A stretch of 64,000 nt of DNA from the NCBI GenBank assembly GCA_951406725.2, contig OX597817.1, positions 434,001-498,000 on the forward strand, given 5' to 3'. Below are positions 49,222-63,965 of this stretch, in pieces. The notes beneath the pieces were generated by a model, which was given only the letters and a program-made list of their open reading frames with translations, did no database searches and was not told the origin of the DNA. The translations under genes were made by a program, and so were the position numbers. Source of the stretch: Octopus vulgaris. Its lineage: Eukaryota. The first letter of the stretch is position 1. Every line of letters starts with the position of its first letter.

Positions 49222-52200
49222 CAATGTTACATCTTCCATTGATATCAATGGCAGATGTGGTATTCATGCTTTTTCGTCAAACATTAACATGTTTTTTTGT
49301 GATTTCTAATCAGAGGTAACACAATGACACTTTTGGTAAGGCTTTCAAAACTGATGAGAGCAATGGCTATGCCAGTAACATCAGCAATGAAAATGAGGAG
49401 GCACATCACAATGATAGCTGAGATGTTGAGAAAAGGAAGAGTAAATATGGTTGGTATAAACCTTATAAATTGAAATATGAAAATTTATATGGAAACCAAA
49501 CATGGAGAAAAAGGAATAAAAGAAGAAAAAATTAAAAACAATTCAAATGTAAAAAAATTGGTTTGTTGTGGAGAAGAAAAGAAGCTTAACATTTTATGCA
49601 GGAATCGTCATTAGTGAGAGAGAGAGATAAAAATTAATTAAAAAAAAAAGAACTGTTGCTGAGACACTCACCATTGATGTCATAAGCATTACAGCTGTGA
49701 GACTCTCCATGCTGGTGAACATGTAGTGTTTGTTGAATATTCAACTTGGAGCGAACCGGAAGAATGTAATGTCCAGATATAGGTAGGTTGACCTCAATGG
49801 TGACCATTGTGTTAGTGGTGGAAGGCCAGAGTAGTACAGACACAGATGGATAGAGAGTGGGTGTACAAAGTTAGAAAATGAGAGTACAAAGCATACCACC
49901 CACTTGATTTTCAGTGAAACACATCAGAAAGGGATGAATGAGATCTCATTAGGAGTACACGTGTGTGTCCATAAAAGTGTACCAGAAACAAGCACCTCTC
50001 TCTCTCTCTCTCTCTCTCCACAAAATGCATTGGAAAGTAAAATAACAAAGAGAGATTAATGAAGGAATTCACTATGGGGGGATCAGCAGGAAAAAGACTT
50101 TTTGAATGTCTGAAGACCCAAGTGAAAGCAGCAATAGCTTTCAGGAGTTCAAAGTTCCAGGCAGCAGGTGGGAGGAAGGCAGGTCAGTGATAAGGGTGGT
50201 GGTTGTGGTGGTTGTAGTGGAAGAGCTGCAGAGACACTTTGTTAATTTATCCAATTATGTTAGCTCCAGATTAATGTATTGCCAAGTGTAAGGATAATTG
50301 CTAGAAGTGGTGGTGGTGGTGGTGATGATAGCTATAAGGATGTGGTGGTGAGAGTAGTGTTGATGCAGATGGTATGTGTTGGAGGAGATGAGGATGGTGG
50401 AGGAGACAGTTGTGGTGGTTATAATGATGATAGTGGTGGTGTTTAGTTGCACATCAATCCTGATCAAGCAGATCCATGCAGTGACCCTTCCATCTTCTCT
50501 AGCTCTGACTATTCTGTCTTTTTATATTTCATGAACTCCATTGTCCAATGTGTCCTTTCTGTTTTTTTATAACAGTAGGAGTATGATTCAAGGGAGATTC
50601 CACTTCTGTCCCTAGTAAATCGAGGGAGCATGTTTTGTTAAGGAAGACAGCAATGGTAGTGGTGTTCGTAAAAGAATCGAAGCTGTTGCTATTAATAGTG
50701 ATGGTAATGTTGGTGTGGCTGTTGAGGGTTAGCAATAATACTAGTAGTAGGATGGTAGAGTCAGAGATAAATACCAGATATAGCCGTGGTGGTAGTCATG
50801 GAATGGATGACTAATCAGCTAAATGATAATGATGGATTAAGAGATGCCAGATAGTCCACAACTTAATCCATTTACATATTATAGATACACACCACAAGGT
50901 GAGGAAGTTGTAAACAACGCATATTCATAATGTGTTGAAAGAATAATATTAAGGGTGGCACTCCAGCTTGGCCTTAACCATACTGGTTAAAAATTTGCAG
51001 AGAGCTAATTATGTTGCAGTCTTCCACTGACAGACCTATCAACCAAAGATCTTCCAGCTGTCACCATCATATCAGATATAGTGCACCAAGGACTATATCA
51101 TGTAATTTGGGTCAGATTAGGTTGTTATTTCTAGCAGGTTGAATGGAGCATATAGAGGCTCCGTCATTGGCTTGGAATTAACTTTACTTTTGATAACAAG
51201 CTAGCCCTGACCAAACAGACATATGATCAAAATTGCTCTAACCATGACCATCCCATTTTTTTTCAAAGTCTACCTAGGATTACATTTTCAGTGTTAGAGT
51301 CCCATTTTTAAGAATGAGAAGATGTGATCAGAGGGAGATTTGGTTGTTACTTTTAAAGGCTTAGAAGATTTCATCATTGTCTTAGAACTAATTGTTAAAA
51401 AATTAGGAGAGAGAATAGTGATTAATTTGTTTCACCATAATTTATGAACCACGCACACTACTACTACTACTACTTTATTTGTCAATGCCTCAAGTATTTA
51501 CCTTCCCAAACTAAGTCAGTCAAACCTAGTCCTAGTTTCTAACATATTCTCACGTAACCTGTTGCTTTCTTTGTTTGAGCTGTATCTTTTTAAAATTGTC
51601 ACACCTACTGTTTTGTTTTTTTAGAATGCATATCATTTTCACCTGCATTCAGTCATACCCACCTACACAAACAAAGCCAAACCCACAGTGTGTAGGCGAT
51701 ATGGATGAGTGAAAAAAAAAAGTATTTGACATACAGCCTATATCAAGAAATCAAGGGTTCAAATAAATACAAGCATGGAGGTGTGACTAAAAAGGTTTGC
51801 TTTGCAATTACATGGATCCAGGCTCAATCCTTCACTACAACACCTCTAACAGATGTTTTCTATCATAAACTCAGATCAACCCAAGCCTTGTGAGTGAAAG
51901 TGGATAGATGGAAACTATGAAGAAGCCTACTGAATATATTTCAATAGTAGACTTAATCCATCTGCTTTAGAGTAGGTATGAGATCATATAGGAATCTTAT
52001 CTGCAAGAGACTAACATTCTGTTCAGTTTGTGTCATGAAACTAGAACTAAGTATTAACCATTAAAAGTACTTTGCAAGCATTTACAAATAAAAGTATAAG
52101 AATATTCATGCTTATACATGCGCACACACACACACATATACTTGTACATATATAAGCCCTGTGAGAGGATTTTGGTAGACATGCACACAGGTCAGCGTGA

Positions 52201-54975
52201 GTTGTCCCTTTGTCTTGAGATCACATGACTGCTGTAAACAAGTGTCACCATCATATAAGCGATGTCTTCATTTCTTATGTGTAAAAACATTGTCCAGCTA
52301 CAGGGAAATATTACCTGACTTAGAAATAGGTTAATATACAAACACACACACATCTAAACTTCCCCAAGTAAATACACTTTGCTTCAAGATTATTTCTTGT
52401 GATGTTAGATAAGTTAAAGATTATTTTCTTTTAAGCATTGTCTTTTTTTTTTAATGATATTCATGGCTCCAATTATAATTATCACAACTATTGTTTTGTA
52501 GCTTAAGAAGTACTCTTTATAACAATACTAATTTCTGAAAAATGAATCAAAGGCAGACAAGATATTTTGCTATAATTTCAATGACATTTACCTAAGTTGT
52601 GTGAAAGTAGTGGTAAGTATCACTTGAAATCTTTCATGGACACAAACAATCCTCTCTCCTAATAAACATTTTAATCACACACAATAATAAAGATATGATG
52701 GAAGTATATTGTTATAGCTGGGAGGTATAATACTTCAAACCTATGTTCTCTATACTATTTCGTTTGTTTTCATACTTGTGAAATTACTTACAGCTAACAT
52801 ACAATCTCACACAGCTACAACACAATCAAGCATACAAGCAATCAAATGTATACACACACACATTTAGATACTTCTAATGACTGTCAAAACACTAGCAGGC
52901 AACAACAAAATTATGCAACAAAAACTATTATCCAGCCAGGGTGAAAAGACACAGGAGTCAAAAACAAAAAGACAAGATAATTTATAGTGTTGTTTTTGTT
53001 TTTTTTTCAGCACTGATCAGTTCAAATCAAGTAGACTATAACTCAAAGCCATTTCAGATGTGACTATCCTAGCTTTTATTTTCTGACACAATGACACTCA
53101 GGAACATTAAGGCATTTTATCTGTGCTTCGCTTCATCATCAATCAACATCCATGTCCCATGCAGGCATGGGTTGGATGGTTAGACAGGATCCAATAGGGC
53201 CAAACAATTTAATCATACTCCACTGTATTCTTTGCTATGTTTTCATTTAGATACACATTGTGATTCCGGAATTAGTTTTGTCTTTTTGAGAACTGCATAT
53301 CTCTAGTCGTCCTTGTTCTTTGTCATCTCCTGAATGATGTGGTTTGAGCTCCTGAGACTAGGCCCTTGAACCTCATCGAAGTGGATTTAATTTATTTCCT
53401 TTAGGAGTGACAACAACAGATTGTTCAGACAAGTGCTTATAGACGACAGTTGTTTCTTACTTAAAAGAGATGTGAACCTAAATTATTTGTCGTAATATAT
53501 TATTAATAACATATATTAACACAAACTGAAAACTGGTTATGTTTTCAAATATTCTTTTCATAGACTTGTGTAGGCAGAAAGAGGTTTCTAAATATCAGAG
53601 TGATCTTTAATTGCTTTGTCAGGCAGGAAGTCAGTACCCAACCCTAACAACCAAGGATTAAATCTAACATCTAAATACACCTGTCTCGTATATCTGCATC
53701 ATGATTAACAGAATAATTTATATGATATCTTGATTATGATCGGGAGACTAAATTGACCCCCAAACACCATATGGCTGAGAATCATTGCTCTAGAGTACAC
53801 CTTGATCCTTTCCCATAGAATGGTTTCAGTTGTACACAGACCCTATCTTATAAAACAATCACTATAATACACCTTAATCTTATTCCTTAGACTTTGTAAT
53901 ACATCTTAATCCTATCCAACAAAACAGCTTAAATAATGCATTTCAATTCTATTCCATAACCAAGTTTCTATTGTATGCTTTGATCTTTTCCAACAGAACT
54001 TTATAGCACATCTTAACAGATAAGCCACTATAATGCATCTTGTTCATATCCAGCAGACCACTTCTACATTACTCCATGAACCTTTTCCAACTGACCAGAC
54101 TCTCCAGTATATTTTGGTCTTACCCAACAGTACAGCCTATGTCAATTTAGGCCTTAGCCACACTTAGTGAACACTACAATTTGCCATAACCAGAATATAC
54201 CAGGGAATGTGTATATCTTACTTTAATACACTGACCAAGAAAGTCCAGCCGGGAGCTGGTAAAGATTTGTATCCAGAGTAAATAGGTTAAAAACAGGAGC
54301 ACCATAACCTCATTACACAATGAACCTTCTCAGCAGGTATTAAATACACACTGACACAAATCAGTGTTTGACTGACACTGCACACTAGTAACACTAAATA
54401 ACAGCTAGTGCAATTGCAGTAGTAGTGAGGTGAACATAAAAGAAATCGCAAAGCAACAAGTTGTATACCAGATATTCATACATACATTCTATCTTTCTAA
54501 TCTTCACACAACTGCATTCATTCCATTCCTCCAACACCAATACACAATCAAATGCATCTGCATCTTCATTCTTCCTTTTCTCCAACCTTCTTCAAACATA
54601 TAGACAAATGCACACACACACACACTACATGCATGCATAGGATATGTTGAACATGTTTACCAATGCATCTTCAGCAGATACACACACACATATACACACA
54701 ATGTAATTCTTAAGCAGGGCAGTGAGAATATGCAAGTCTCCTCTAAAGTTCAAGATTGCAGAGTTAATATTGTTATTGTTGTTACTGCGTTGCTAGAATT
54801 CTAACAAAGAAACTCTGTTTCTTTTGGAAAAGCTGACTCTTGTCTTGGTGGTGGCATATCTGCATTCCTACATACATTTAATCTCAGGTCAACCATGACT
54901 CAGTAAATATCTGTTATAAGATATTCCAGTCATGCCCATACAATATTTTCTTTTATTCATTAATATTTCATTAAT

Positions 54976-57180
54976 ATGCTCAAAATGTCTAATGCTCAAA
55001 ATGTCTGGTAGTGTCGGCTATAGCCTAGTCACCCGTATAGTTAATCAGGTTATACACAAAGGAGTCATACCCAATGACTGGTGTAGCAGCATAATAGTCA
55101 ACTGCTACAAAGGTAAAGGTGACGCCCTAGATACAAATAACTACAGAGGTATCAAGCTGTTGGATCAGGTGATGAAGGTTACGGAGAGGGTCATAGCCCA
55201 ACTAATTAGAGAGAGAGTTAGTTCAGATGAGATGCAGTTTGGGTTTGTGCCAGGGAAAAGTACTACTGATGCTATATTCCTGGTAAGGCAGCTGCAGGAG
55301 AAATACCTAGCCAAAGATAAGCCCCTGTACCTGGCTTTTGTTGACATGGAGAAAGCCTTCGACAGGGTCCCCCGATCCCTTATCTGGTGGGCAATGAGGA
55401 AACTAGGGATAGATGAATGGTTAGTGAGAGCTGTGCGGGCCCTGTATAGGGACGCTGCTAGTAGGGTGAGGGTTGGAAACGAGTACAGTGAAGAATTCCG
55501 GGTAGAGGTAGGGGTCCACCAAGGCTCAGTACTCAGCCCCCTCCTATTTATCATAGTCCTCCAGGCAACAACGGAGGAATTCAAGACAGGATGCCCTTGG
55601 GAGCTCCTCTATGCTGATGACTTTGCTCTAATTGCTGAGTCGCTATCAGAACTGGAGGAGAAGTTTCAGGTGTGGAAACAAGGATTAGAATCGGAGGGCC
55701 TCAGAGTCAATCTAGCTAAAACCAAAGTCGTAATCAGTAGGAAGGTAGACAAATCACAAACGCCTTCAGGTAGATGGCCCTGCTCGATCTGTAGAAAACG
55801 TGTAGGTAGAAACTCTATAAGATGCACCAAGTGTAAGCTATGGACACATAAGAGGTGCAGCAATGTCAAAGGAAGGCTAACTAGGAAGATGGTTTTTGTA
55901 TGTGGCAGATGCTCAGGAACAATAAACACTGAAAATGCTCTGAGACCAACTTCCGTCACTTTCCAGGGAGAAAACTAGAAATAGTTGATAGTTTCCGTTA
56001 CCTAGGTGACCAAGTCAGCAGCGGGGGCGGGTGTGCTGAAAGTGTAACTGCTAGAGTAAGAATAGCTTGGGCAAAGTTCAGAGAGCTCTTACCTCTGCTG
56101 GTGACAAAAGGCCTCTCGCACAGAGTGAAAGGCAGACTGTATGATGCGTGTGTACGAACAGCCATGCTACATGGCAGTGAAACATGGGCCGTGACTGCTG
56201 AGGATATGCGTAAGCTCACAAGAAATGAAGCCAGTATGCTCCGATGGATGTGTAATGTCAGTACTCATACTCGGCAGAGTGTAAGTACCTTGAGAGAAAA
56301 GCTGGACCTAAGAAGCATCAGTTGTGGTGTGCAAGAGAGACGTTTGCGCTGGTATGGTCATGTGGCGAGAATGGATGAAGATAGTTGTGTGAAAAAGTGT
56401 TGAGGGAACCTGCGGAAGAGGCAGACCCAGGAAAACCTGGGACGAGGTGGTGAAGCACGACCTTCGAACTTTAGGTCTCACTGAGGAAATGACTAGAGAC
56501 CGAGACCTCTGGAAGTGTGCTGTGCACGAGAAGACCCGGCAGGACAAGTGAGTCCATAACCCGTGGCCTTCTACATGGGATGGAGCCAGCCTACGTATGC
56601 ATACCTTCCCTTCTTGGGACACAAAACTCTACTTGTGAAGACCTGTTGAGGCAAGTGAGGATCAGAATCGAAATCGATCAATGGAAATTGCAGATGTGTT
56701 ACCAGTGCCGGTGGTATGTCGAAACTCTACTTGTGAAGACCCGTTGAGGCAAGTGAGGATCAGAATCGAAATCGATCAATGGAAATCGATCAATGGAAAT
56801 GGCAGATGTGTTACCAGTGCCGGTGGCATGTAAGAGAACCTTCCATTTCGCGACCGTTGCCAGCACCGCCCCGACTGGCCTCGTAAAAAGCACCATCCGT
56901 TCGTGTCCGTTGCCAGCCTCGCCTGGCCCTCGTGCCGGTGGCACATAAAAAGCACCATCCGTTCGTGGCCGTTTGCCAGCTCTGTCTGGCACCTGTGCGG
57001 GTGGTACGTAAAAAGCACCCACTACACTCACGGAGTGGTTGGCGTTAGGAAGGGCATCCAGCCGTAGAAACACTGCCAGATTTGACTGGGCCTGATGAAG
57101 CCTTCTGGCTTCACAGACCCCCAGTAGAACCGTCCAACCCATGCTAGCATGGAAAACGGACACTAAACGATGATGATGAT
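54976..57180 (+). mobile_element. 5'-truncated RTE-type LINE, relatively young, antisense to PI4KB
   Basis: RT motifs NYRGIKLL, QFGF, FVDMEKAFD, GVHQGSVLSP, LYADD, KTK, FRYLG and C-terminal RGRPRKTW. Frameshift at ~55974, small deletion at ~56400, stop at ~56551. 3'UTR ends in (GAT)n. Confidence 0.96.
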
Positions 57181-57570
57181 TTTATTATACATTTCTCCAG
57201 TGAAGATTTGGTCATTATTTCAAGCAAGTTGAGCAACTACAAACAGATTCTCTCATTGGTTCAATCCATTCTTGTAGTTACATGAATTGCTAAATGTTAC
57301 AGCCTTCTACAGGCTTTAAAAAGGCAATCACATTTTTATGCCAGTTCACAACAGATAACGGAAATACAATAGCCAAAGATGCAGTATAAATTAGATTTGT
57401 TTACTTCTGTGCCACAAGTCCAATCATGCAGAGTTGAGGTGCACTAGTTAACATTTTTGTTATCTGTGACTAAATGCTCAGAATACTGAGCTCTGAAATA
57501 TTTTGGTGGAAAATAAAATGAAAGACAATTTTTTTAAAGAGATTTAATTATGGTTTTAAAAGGGAATCCA

Positions 57571-58640
57571 TTCATCATCATCATTTAATGTCCATCTTCC
57601 ATGCTGGCATGGGCTGGATGGTTTGACAGGAGCAGGCCAGGTAGGAGCCTACACCAGGTTTCTGTGTCTGTTTTGGCAGGGTTTTTACAGCTGGATGCCC
57701 TTCCTAACACCAACTACCCTGTAGAGTGGACTGAGTGCTTTTTGTGTGGCACAAGCAAGGTCAGTTTGACATGATTTTAACAGCTGGATGCCCTTCTAAA
57801 TGCCAACCCCTTCAGTGTGAATGGGATGCTTTTTACATGGCACCAGCACCGGCAGGTTAACTAAGTAACTTGCAAGACAAGGAATTTTGAGAAGGGAGGA
57901 GGTGATCTTCAGTCAGATGATAAAGGATTAGAGTATGACAGAGACAGAAACAGGTGCCTTGCTATAGAGGAGGTAGACATTTACCCAGCCAAGAGAGGGA
58001 GAGAGACTGCAACCATGCTGGAGCACTGCCTTGAAGGATTTTTAGTTGAATGAATCAATACCCACTACTTTTTTTTTTTTCTCAAGCCAGGTACTTATTC
58101 TACCAGTCTCCGTTGCTGAACTGCTAAGTTACAGGAATGTAAACACACCAGTTGTAAAGCTGTAGTAGGGGACAAACAGAGACACACACAATCATCATCA
58201 TCATCGTTTGATATCAGTCTTCCATGCTGACATGAACTGAACGGTTTGACAGGAGCTGGCCAGACAGGAGCCTGCACTAGGCTTTTGTGTCTGTTTTGGC
58301 AGGGTTTTTACAGCTGAATGTCCTTCCTAACACCAACTGCCCAGCAGAATGAATTGAATGCTTTTTATGTGGCATAAGCACAGATGAGGTCAGTTTGACA
58401 TAGTTTTTACAGCTGGATGCCCTTCTAAATGCCAACAGTTGAAAGTGTGGACTGGATGTTTTTTAAGTGGCACAAGCTCTGGCAGGATCACCTTGTGACT
58501 TTTAAGACAAATATACTTTGAGAGGGGAGGAGGCATTGGAGAAGTGGATATTGTGACAGATGAACGGTTATAGTGAAACAGAGATAGAAACAGGTATCTT
58601 ACTGTAGGGGAGGTACATGGTTACCCAGCCAGAGAGAGAG
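57571..58640 (-). mobile_element. Two diverged tandem copies (~57571-58005 and ~58192-58640) of an older RTE-tail element
   Basis: Both start (cat)n...ttccatgctg.catg...ggtttgacaggagc and run collinearly to ga.agaaacaggt...ttacccagcca. A SINE family A tail lies between them. Confidence 0.75.
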
Positions 58641-61600
58641 AAAAATGAGGACAGAAATAGGTGTGCTACTGTAAAGGAGACACATGGTTACCCAACCTGA
58701 GGGAAGAGCAAAAGATATTAGCCTAAGGTGCATGCAGTGGGAATGAACCTGGAACCATGTGATTGGAAAGCAAGCTTCTTACCACACAGCCATGCCTGTG
58801 CCTATTTTTATCATGTTGCATCAGAATAACAAAGGCAAATGAGATATGGTGTGCATATTTACTTATAAAATAAATATATTAGAAGTATATTGTAAGGATA
58901 TGATATCAAAGATATGAGTGAATTCTCATTATTTAACAGGTTTCTTCTTTTCTTTTAAAACAAATATGAACAAATCAAACAATTGAAAAACTGAATTTTC
59001 TGTATTGGTATTAAGAAGTGAAAGAGTGAAGAGACAGGGAAATAAGCTGCTGCTTGAGTCAATCAAAATCCAACTGGTTAACCATTTGATTTATGTTTTG
59101 TATTGAAAGAAAAAAAAATAACATTTTAAAATGAGAGAATTTAAAGAATGAAGTATTTGATAAACTATTTATGCCTTCAATATTGTATTTCTTCTACAAA
59201 AGACATTATTTTGTAAGTAAATACGTTCACTATATCTTGTGTGCTTTTGTTATTTTGATACAACATAATAAAAAAACAGATGTTATGGTTCTCTAATAAA
59301 CACCATTTTAAAACAGACTATTTTACCTCTTATTTTTTTTCCCTAAAATAGTTTACTGATGTAGCATGTTTTTTTCAAATAACTCCATTTTAAACTACCA
59401 TTTTTCTTATAAGCAGTTATTCCGACACATCATAATAAAGAGGAAATACATCACAAAACGATTTTTGAATAACGTCCCTTTTAAAACTTCATAAATATTT
59501 CTTTAAGGCTGATTTTTATGATTTACCCCAAAATATTAAAAAATTCAGTTTTCTGAGAATTTGATCTTTCAAGCTCTCAGAATTCTGATTTTTAGATCGT
59601 TTGAATTCAACATTCTTACAATTGGTGGTCTTCGTTCAGTCTCATACCCTAAACCCCAAATATCCTCAATCTTTAACAATTCTTTAACAGTTGAGAAGCA
59701 GGAACCAGTCAACCAATACCCAGCCTAGAGAGAGAGAGAGAGAGATGCTAGGATATGGCTTGGATGCAACAACAAATTTCAGCTGAGTGAAATTCATGGT
59801 GGAATATGAATGCAATCCACATTAGATCAGTAGCTGTCACAACTAAGCTATTTCAAGTTCAATCCCATAGCATGGCACCTTGGGCAAGTGCCTTCTGCCA
59901 TAGCTTTAGGTCAACTAAATCTTTATGAGTGAAATTTGACAGGCAATGCAAATTATGTGGAAGTCTATAAGAAACCAATCCTGTTCATGAATAGTAGACA
60001 TAATCTCCCATCTGGTTTAATACCACCACCTGGCGGCCCTTGAGTGTCTTTAACAGAGTTTGCTCTGTTGCAAGCATTGAAGTCAGTTCTTCATTTGTAG
60101 GATAAGTTTTTCCCACCAATTACAATCAATAAAAGTGGGTAGGGAGAGCAGGCGTTAAATGATGATAATGAACAAAAACAAAAGAAAGAAACCACCTTCC
60201 TCTGAAGCATTATTTCATAATGAAAATGTCAAAGTCAGTTTAACACAACTTCCTCACTATGCATAAACAACATACAACTAAATTCCTCAACATTTCTACA
60301 AGAAAAAAAAAACCCCAACAAACTAGGCATCACAACTGATCACCATTCATGTCAATCTCACATATATAACATTCTTTGAAACTACCTCCTAAAGACAAGG
60401 CTTCTTCAGGCTTGAAACATTCAGCTCAGGTTAGTTGCAGACCCTTTACAAAGCTCTAGTGCAACTCTTAAGAGAGTACTTATTAAACACTTACATGAAA
60501 CACTGATGCTGTTGTTACAAACACACAACAATCATCAAAGATCACTTCCTCCAAAGCAATCATGCTGCTGCTGACAGGCAATGATTTACTCACCAACACA
60601 TTGCAACCACAGACTCTCAAACAGCCTCTATTACAATAACATTTTTTTGACTTGGTTTTTTTTTTTAATGAACCATTTCCACCTTGGCAACTACCAAACC
60701 TCCTCTTGCCATTTTTCCTCACATCTTATTCCACAAAAAATCACTTAAATACAAACACCCAAAAACTACAAACTTCTGATAACCCCACTCATCTCATATA
60801 CTTCCTACAGTTATCAATCAACCTCAAGAAGTCCAAGCAGAACACCAATGACATCAATCTCACAAGAGTCTGAGAGGGCCTATAAAGGAAATAGGAATTG
60901 GCTCCTCCCACCACTAAATAAAACATAAAAACACTCCTGACAAGGACAATCCTGAAAATAAACACTTAAGTGTTCAGTGTAAAGTAAACATGCTAATCAG
61001 TTTCATTCCCTTGAACATTGTTAGCCACTGATACCATGTTTATAAATTGAACCAGCAAAATCATTATTTCAATGACATTAAGATTTGTGGCTATTCACCA
61101 ACAATGATATGACTTAGAAATACACTTAGTTTAGCCTTACTAGTACCTCTTCAATAACTGCATTTGGGGAAGTCCTTGAGAAAATTAACAATTTATCTAC
61201 CAAGAATATGACAGTGAATCCAAAATCTAGTTCTGTAATATTTAGAAACTTCGCCTGTAATGAATCTCAGTTTATAAAGTGACTAATGATATTTTGGCTA
61301 AATGTTGTAACAATTAACTTGTGCAAATGACAGCTAGAACGCATTTGATCATACATCCATACATCTCATCAATCAGGACTGACCTAGGGTTAAACAACAA
61401 CTACCGCCACAACCACCACCACAACATCACCATCTCCAACCCATCTCAACTCACACACAACCACGACTACCTCAACTAACCACCACCACCACCACCACCA
61501 CCACAATAAACATAAAAATACTGGTTTAGCAGGTTTGTATGACAGACAACAGAATATTTCTATCACAATAACAGCAGAGATTGACTTCTGTATCACAACT

Positions 61601-63342
61601 TTTCTTGCCAATGATTTCACACATCATTCAACCTGTAACTGTAGCTTAGAAACCCATTGTAATTCGGACTAACTTCACTGAAATGTAGGTTAGATTCTTC
61701 ACAGCTTCTTAGATAAAATGTTTAATTCATTCATTTAATGTAATTGTAGTCAATTAAGTCTCCTCTCTCTTAGATGCTTGCTCATCAAAAAGGACAAATC
61801 TAATGAAACAAGTGTGTGGTTCATACCCATGAACCAAACACTTGTCTACATTCAAGAGAGGACAGATGCATCGTTTGAAGTATGAACTGCTATATATAAA
61901 GCTATATGTACTGCTATATATAAAGCAAGATCTGAAAACACCAACAAAAAGCTTATAACAAAGTCACTTGATCAAAAGCTTCTTTGATTGCTCTAAAAGA
62001 ATTATATCTCCCTCTATTAACACACTGGCACAAATGTTTGGCCTAGCTGAATTGTTAGAGTAGTAGATTACCAGACTAAGGATTTACAATTCATATCCTG
62101 TTACTGGTAATTAATTGTTAAAGGCCCAGTCCACCTAGTTGGAAATGAGAACCATGGGTTTGACTATCATCAGCAGGATTACTGAACAACCGCGTTCTGC
62201 ACTGCAGTGCTGAGTATGAATGGCTGGACTTGCCTCAAATATAGCAGCTTATAGAGTTGTACTAGTTTCTATTCACACTTCTATAAACCCGTTTCTTTAA
62301 AGAGAGGTAGAAATTTGTAAAGGGCCCCAAAACAGGCTTTATACTATTTAGTTTGGTATCTCAAACATCGTGGTTAAATTCCACTCAAAGTTGACTGTCT
62401 TTCATTCTTTCTAAAAAATAAGGATATCAACCAAATAAGGAGAGAAGCTGTGCAATCAACTGCAGCTCCTTCTTCATAATAAAAAGTGCATCAGAAAGTC
62501 ACTCAACCGAGATCATTATTCAGACTGATTAGCTGAGGTAAGCCGGATGCAACCAGAGTATCACAGGCCAAGGTTGAACTCACTTTTGGACAAGTTTAAC
62601 CTTTACACAAAAAAAAATCCCTAAAATTTATAATTTTATAGATCTTCAGTTCATTTATTAAAAAATATATATAGTTTTACAGGTGCGCAAACATCGATGT
62701 GCATATGAAGGTGCATTGTGTTTGTGCAAATATATGTCTATCAATTATATGTATGCATTTCTATGCACATTTATATCTCTATATATTTGTATTATTGTAT
62801 GTGCATGTATACACACACACATTTCTGTATGTGTTTCTATGTTCGTGTGTAGATAGAAAGACCAATACACATATATGCATACAAAGGCTGTTCAAATGTT
62901 TAAATCTAAATTTGAACCTTTTTATTTACTCATAACACACACTTTCCTATTATGCCACCTGTGCAACAAGATGGTAATCAATTATATCAGTTCATGTTCA
63001 ACACCTCTCTCTTACTATCACCATCTCTCTTACTATCACCATCTCTCACCTCTGTTATTTGTTATTAAAATTCATCACTCTTAACACTCTCTCTCTCTCT
63101 CTCTCTACTAACCATCATATAGCTGTCTGTCATTTTCTCCCATGAAAAAACCCTTGCTCCTATCACTCTGGTTTTCCTCTATTACTCACTTCTGTCACCT
63201 TATTGCACTGGTCCTCTCCTAAATTTCCCTCCTCAATTACCTTCCCTGTCATATTATTTCTATTGACTCTCCTTATTGACAACCATCATGTAGCTATCTC
63301 TCTCTCTCTCTCCTCTATTTGTCTCTCTCTCTCCTCTATTTG

Positions 63343-63381
<39 letters not shown>

Positions 63382-63965
63382 TCTCTTCTGTTACTCCCAT
63401 ATTCCTATTATCCTAGTCCTTTTCTTCCCATCCAGTTGTGTGAAAAGAAAGGGATGAATGTAACTCTAGAAACAAAGGACACTTTAGATTTGCCAGAGAC
63501 AAAACAGCCTCTCAGATACAAATGGGTAAATGAAGGTGATGACTATCTAGATCCACCCATCAATCCTATCTGATTTCTACAATGTCACTATTCACACCTA
63601 AGTGAATGCTCAATGTCCAACTATTGAGCATTTGAGAAACCAGAGGAAATAGTACCTTACTGGAAAATAAGTCAGAGTTGGCAACAGGACAGGTTTCTGG
63701 ATACAGAAAAATTGCCTTGATGAACAATAAGTTTCACTTGGAAAGTTAATATTAAGACGGTGATGGATGATGGATGATGGTGTGTTTGTTTCCTATAGTC
63801 TTGCATGTGTTCCTACATGTGTGCACATGTATTTCTGTATGCATATCAATGTTTGTGCACATGTACATATTTTATTTTCATCAATATCAAGACATTAGCA
63901 TGGGTTTGAAAAATTCAAATGAAATGAAAAAGAGAGAAAAGTAAAATAGTTTTAAGTGTACTTAC

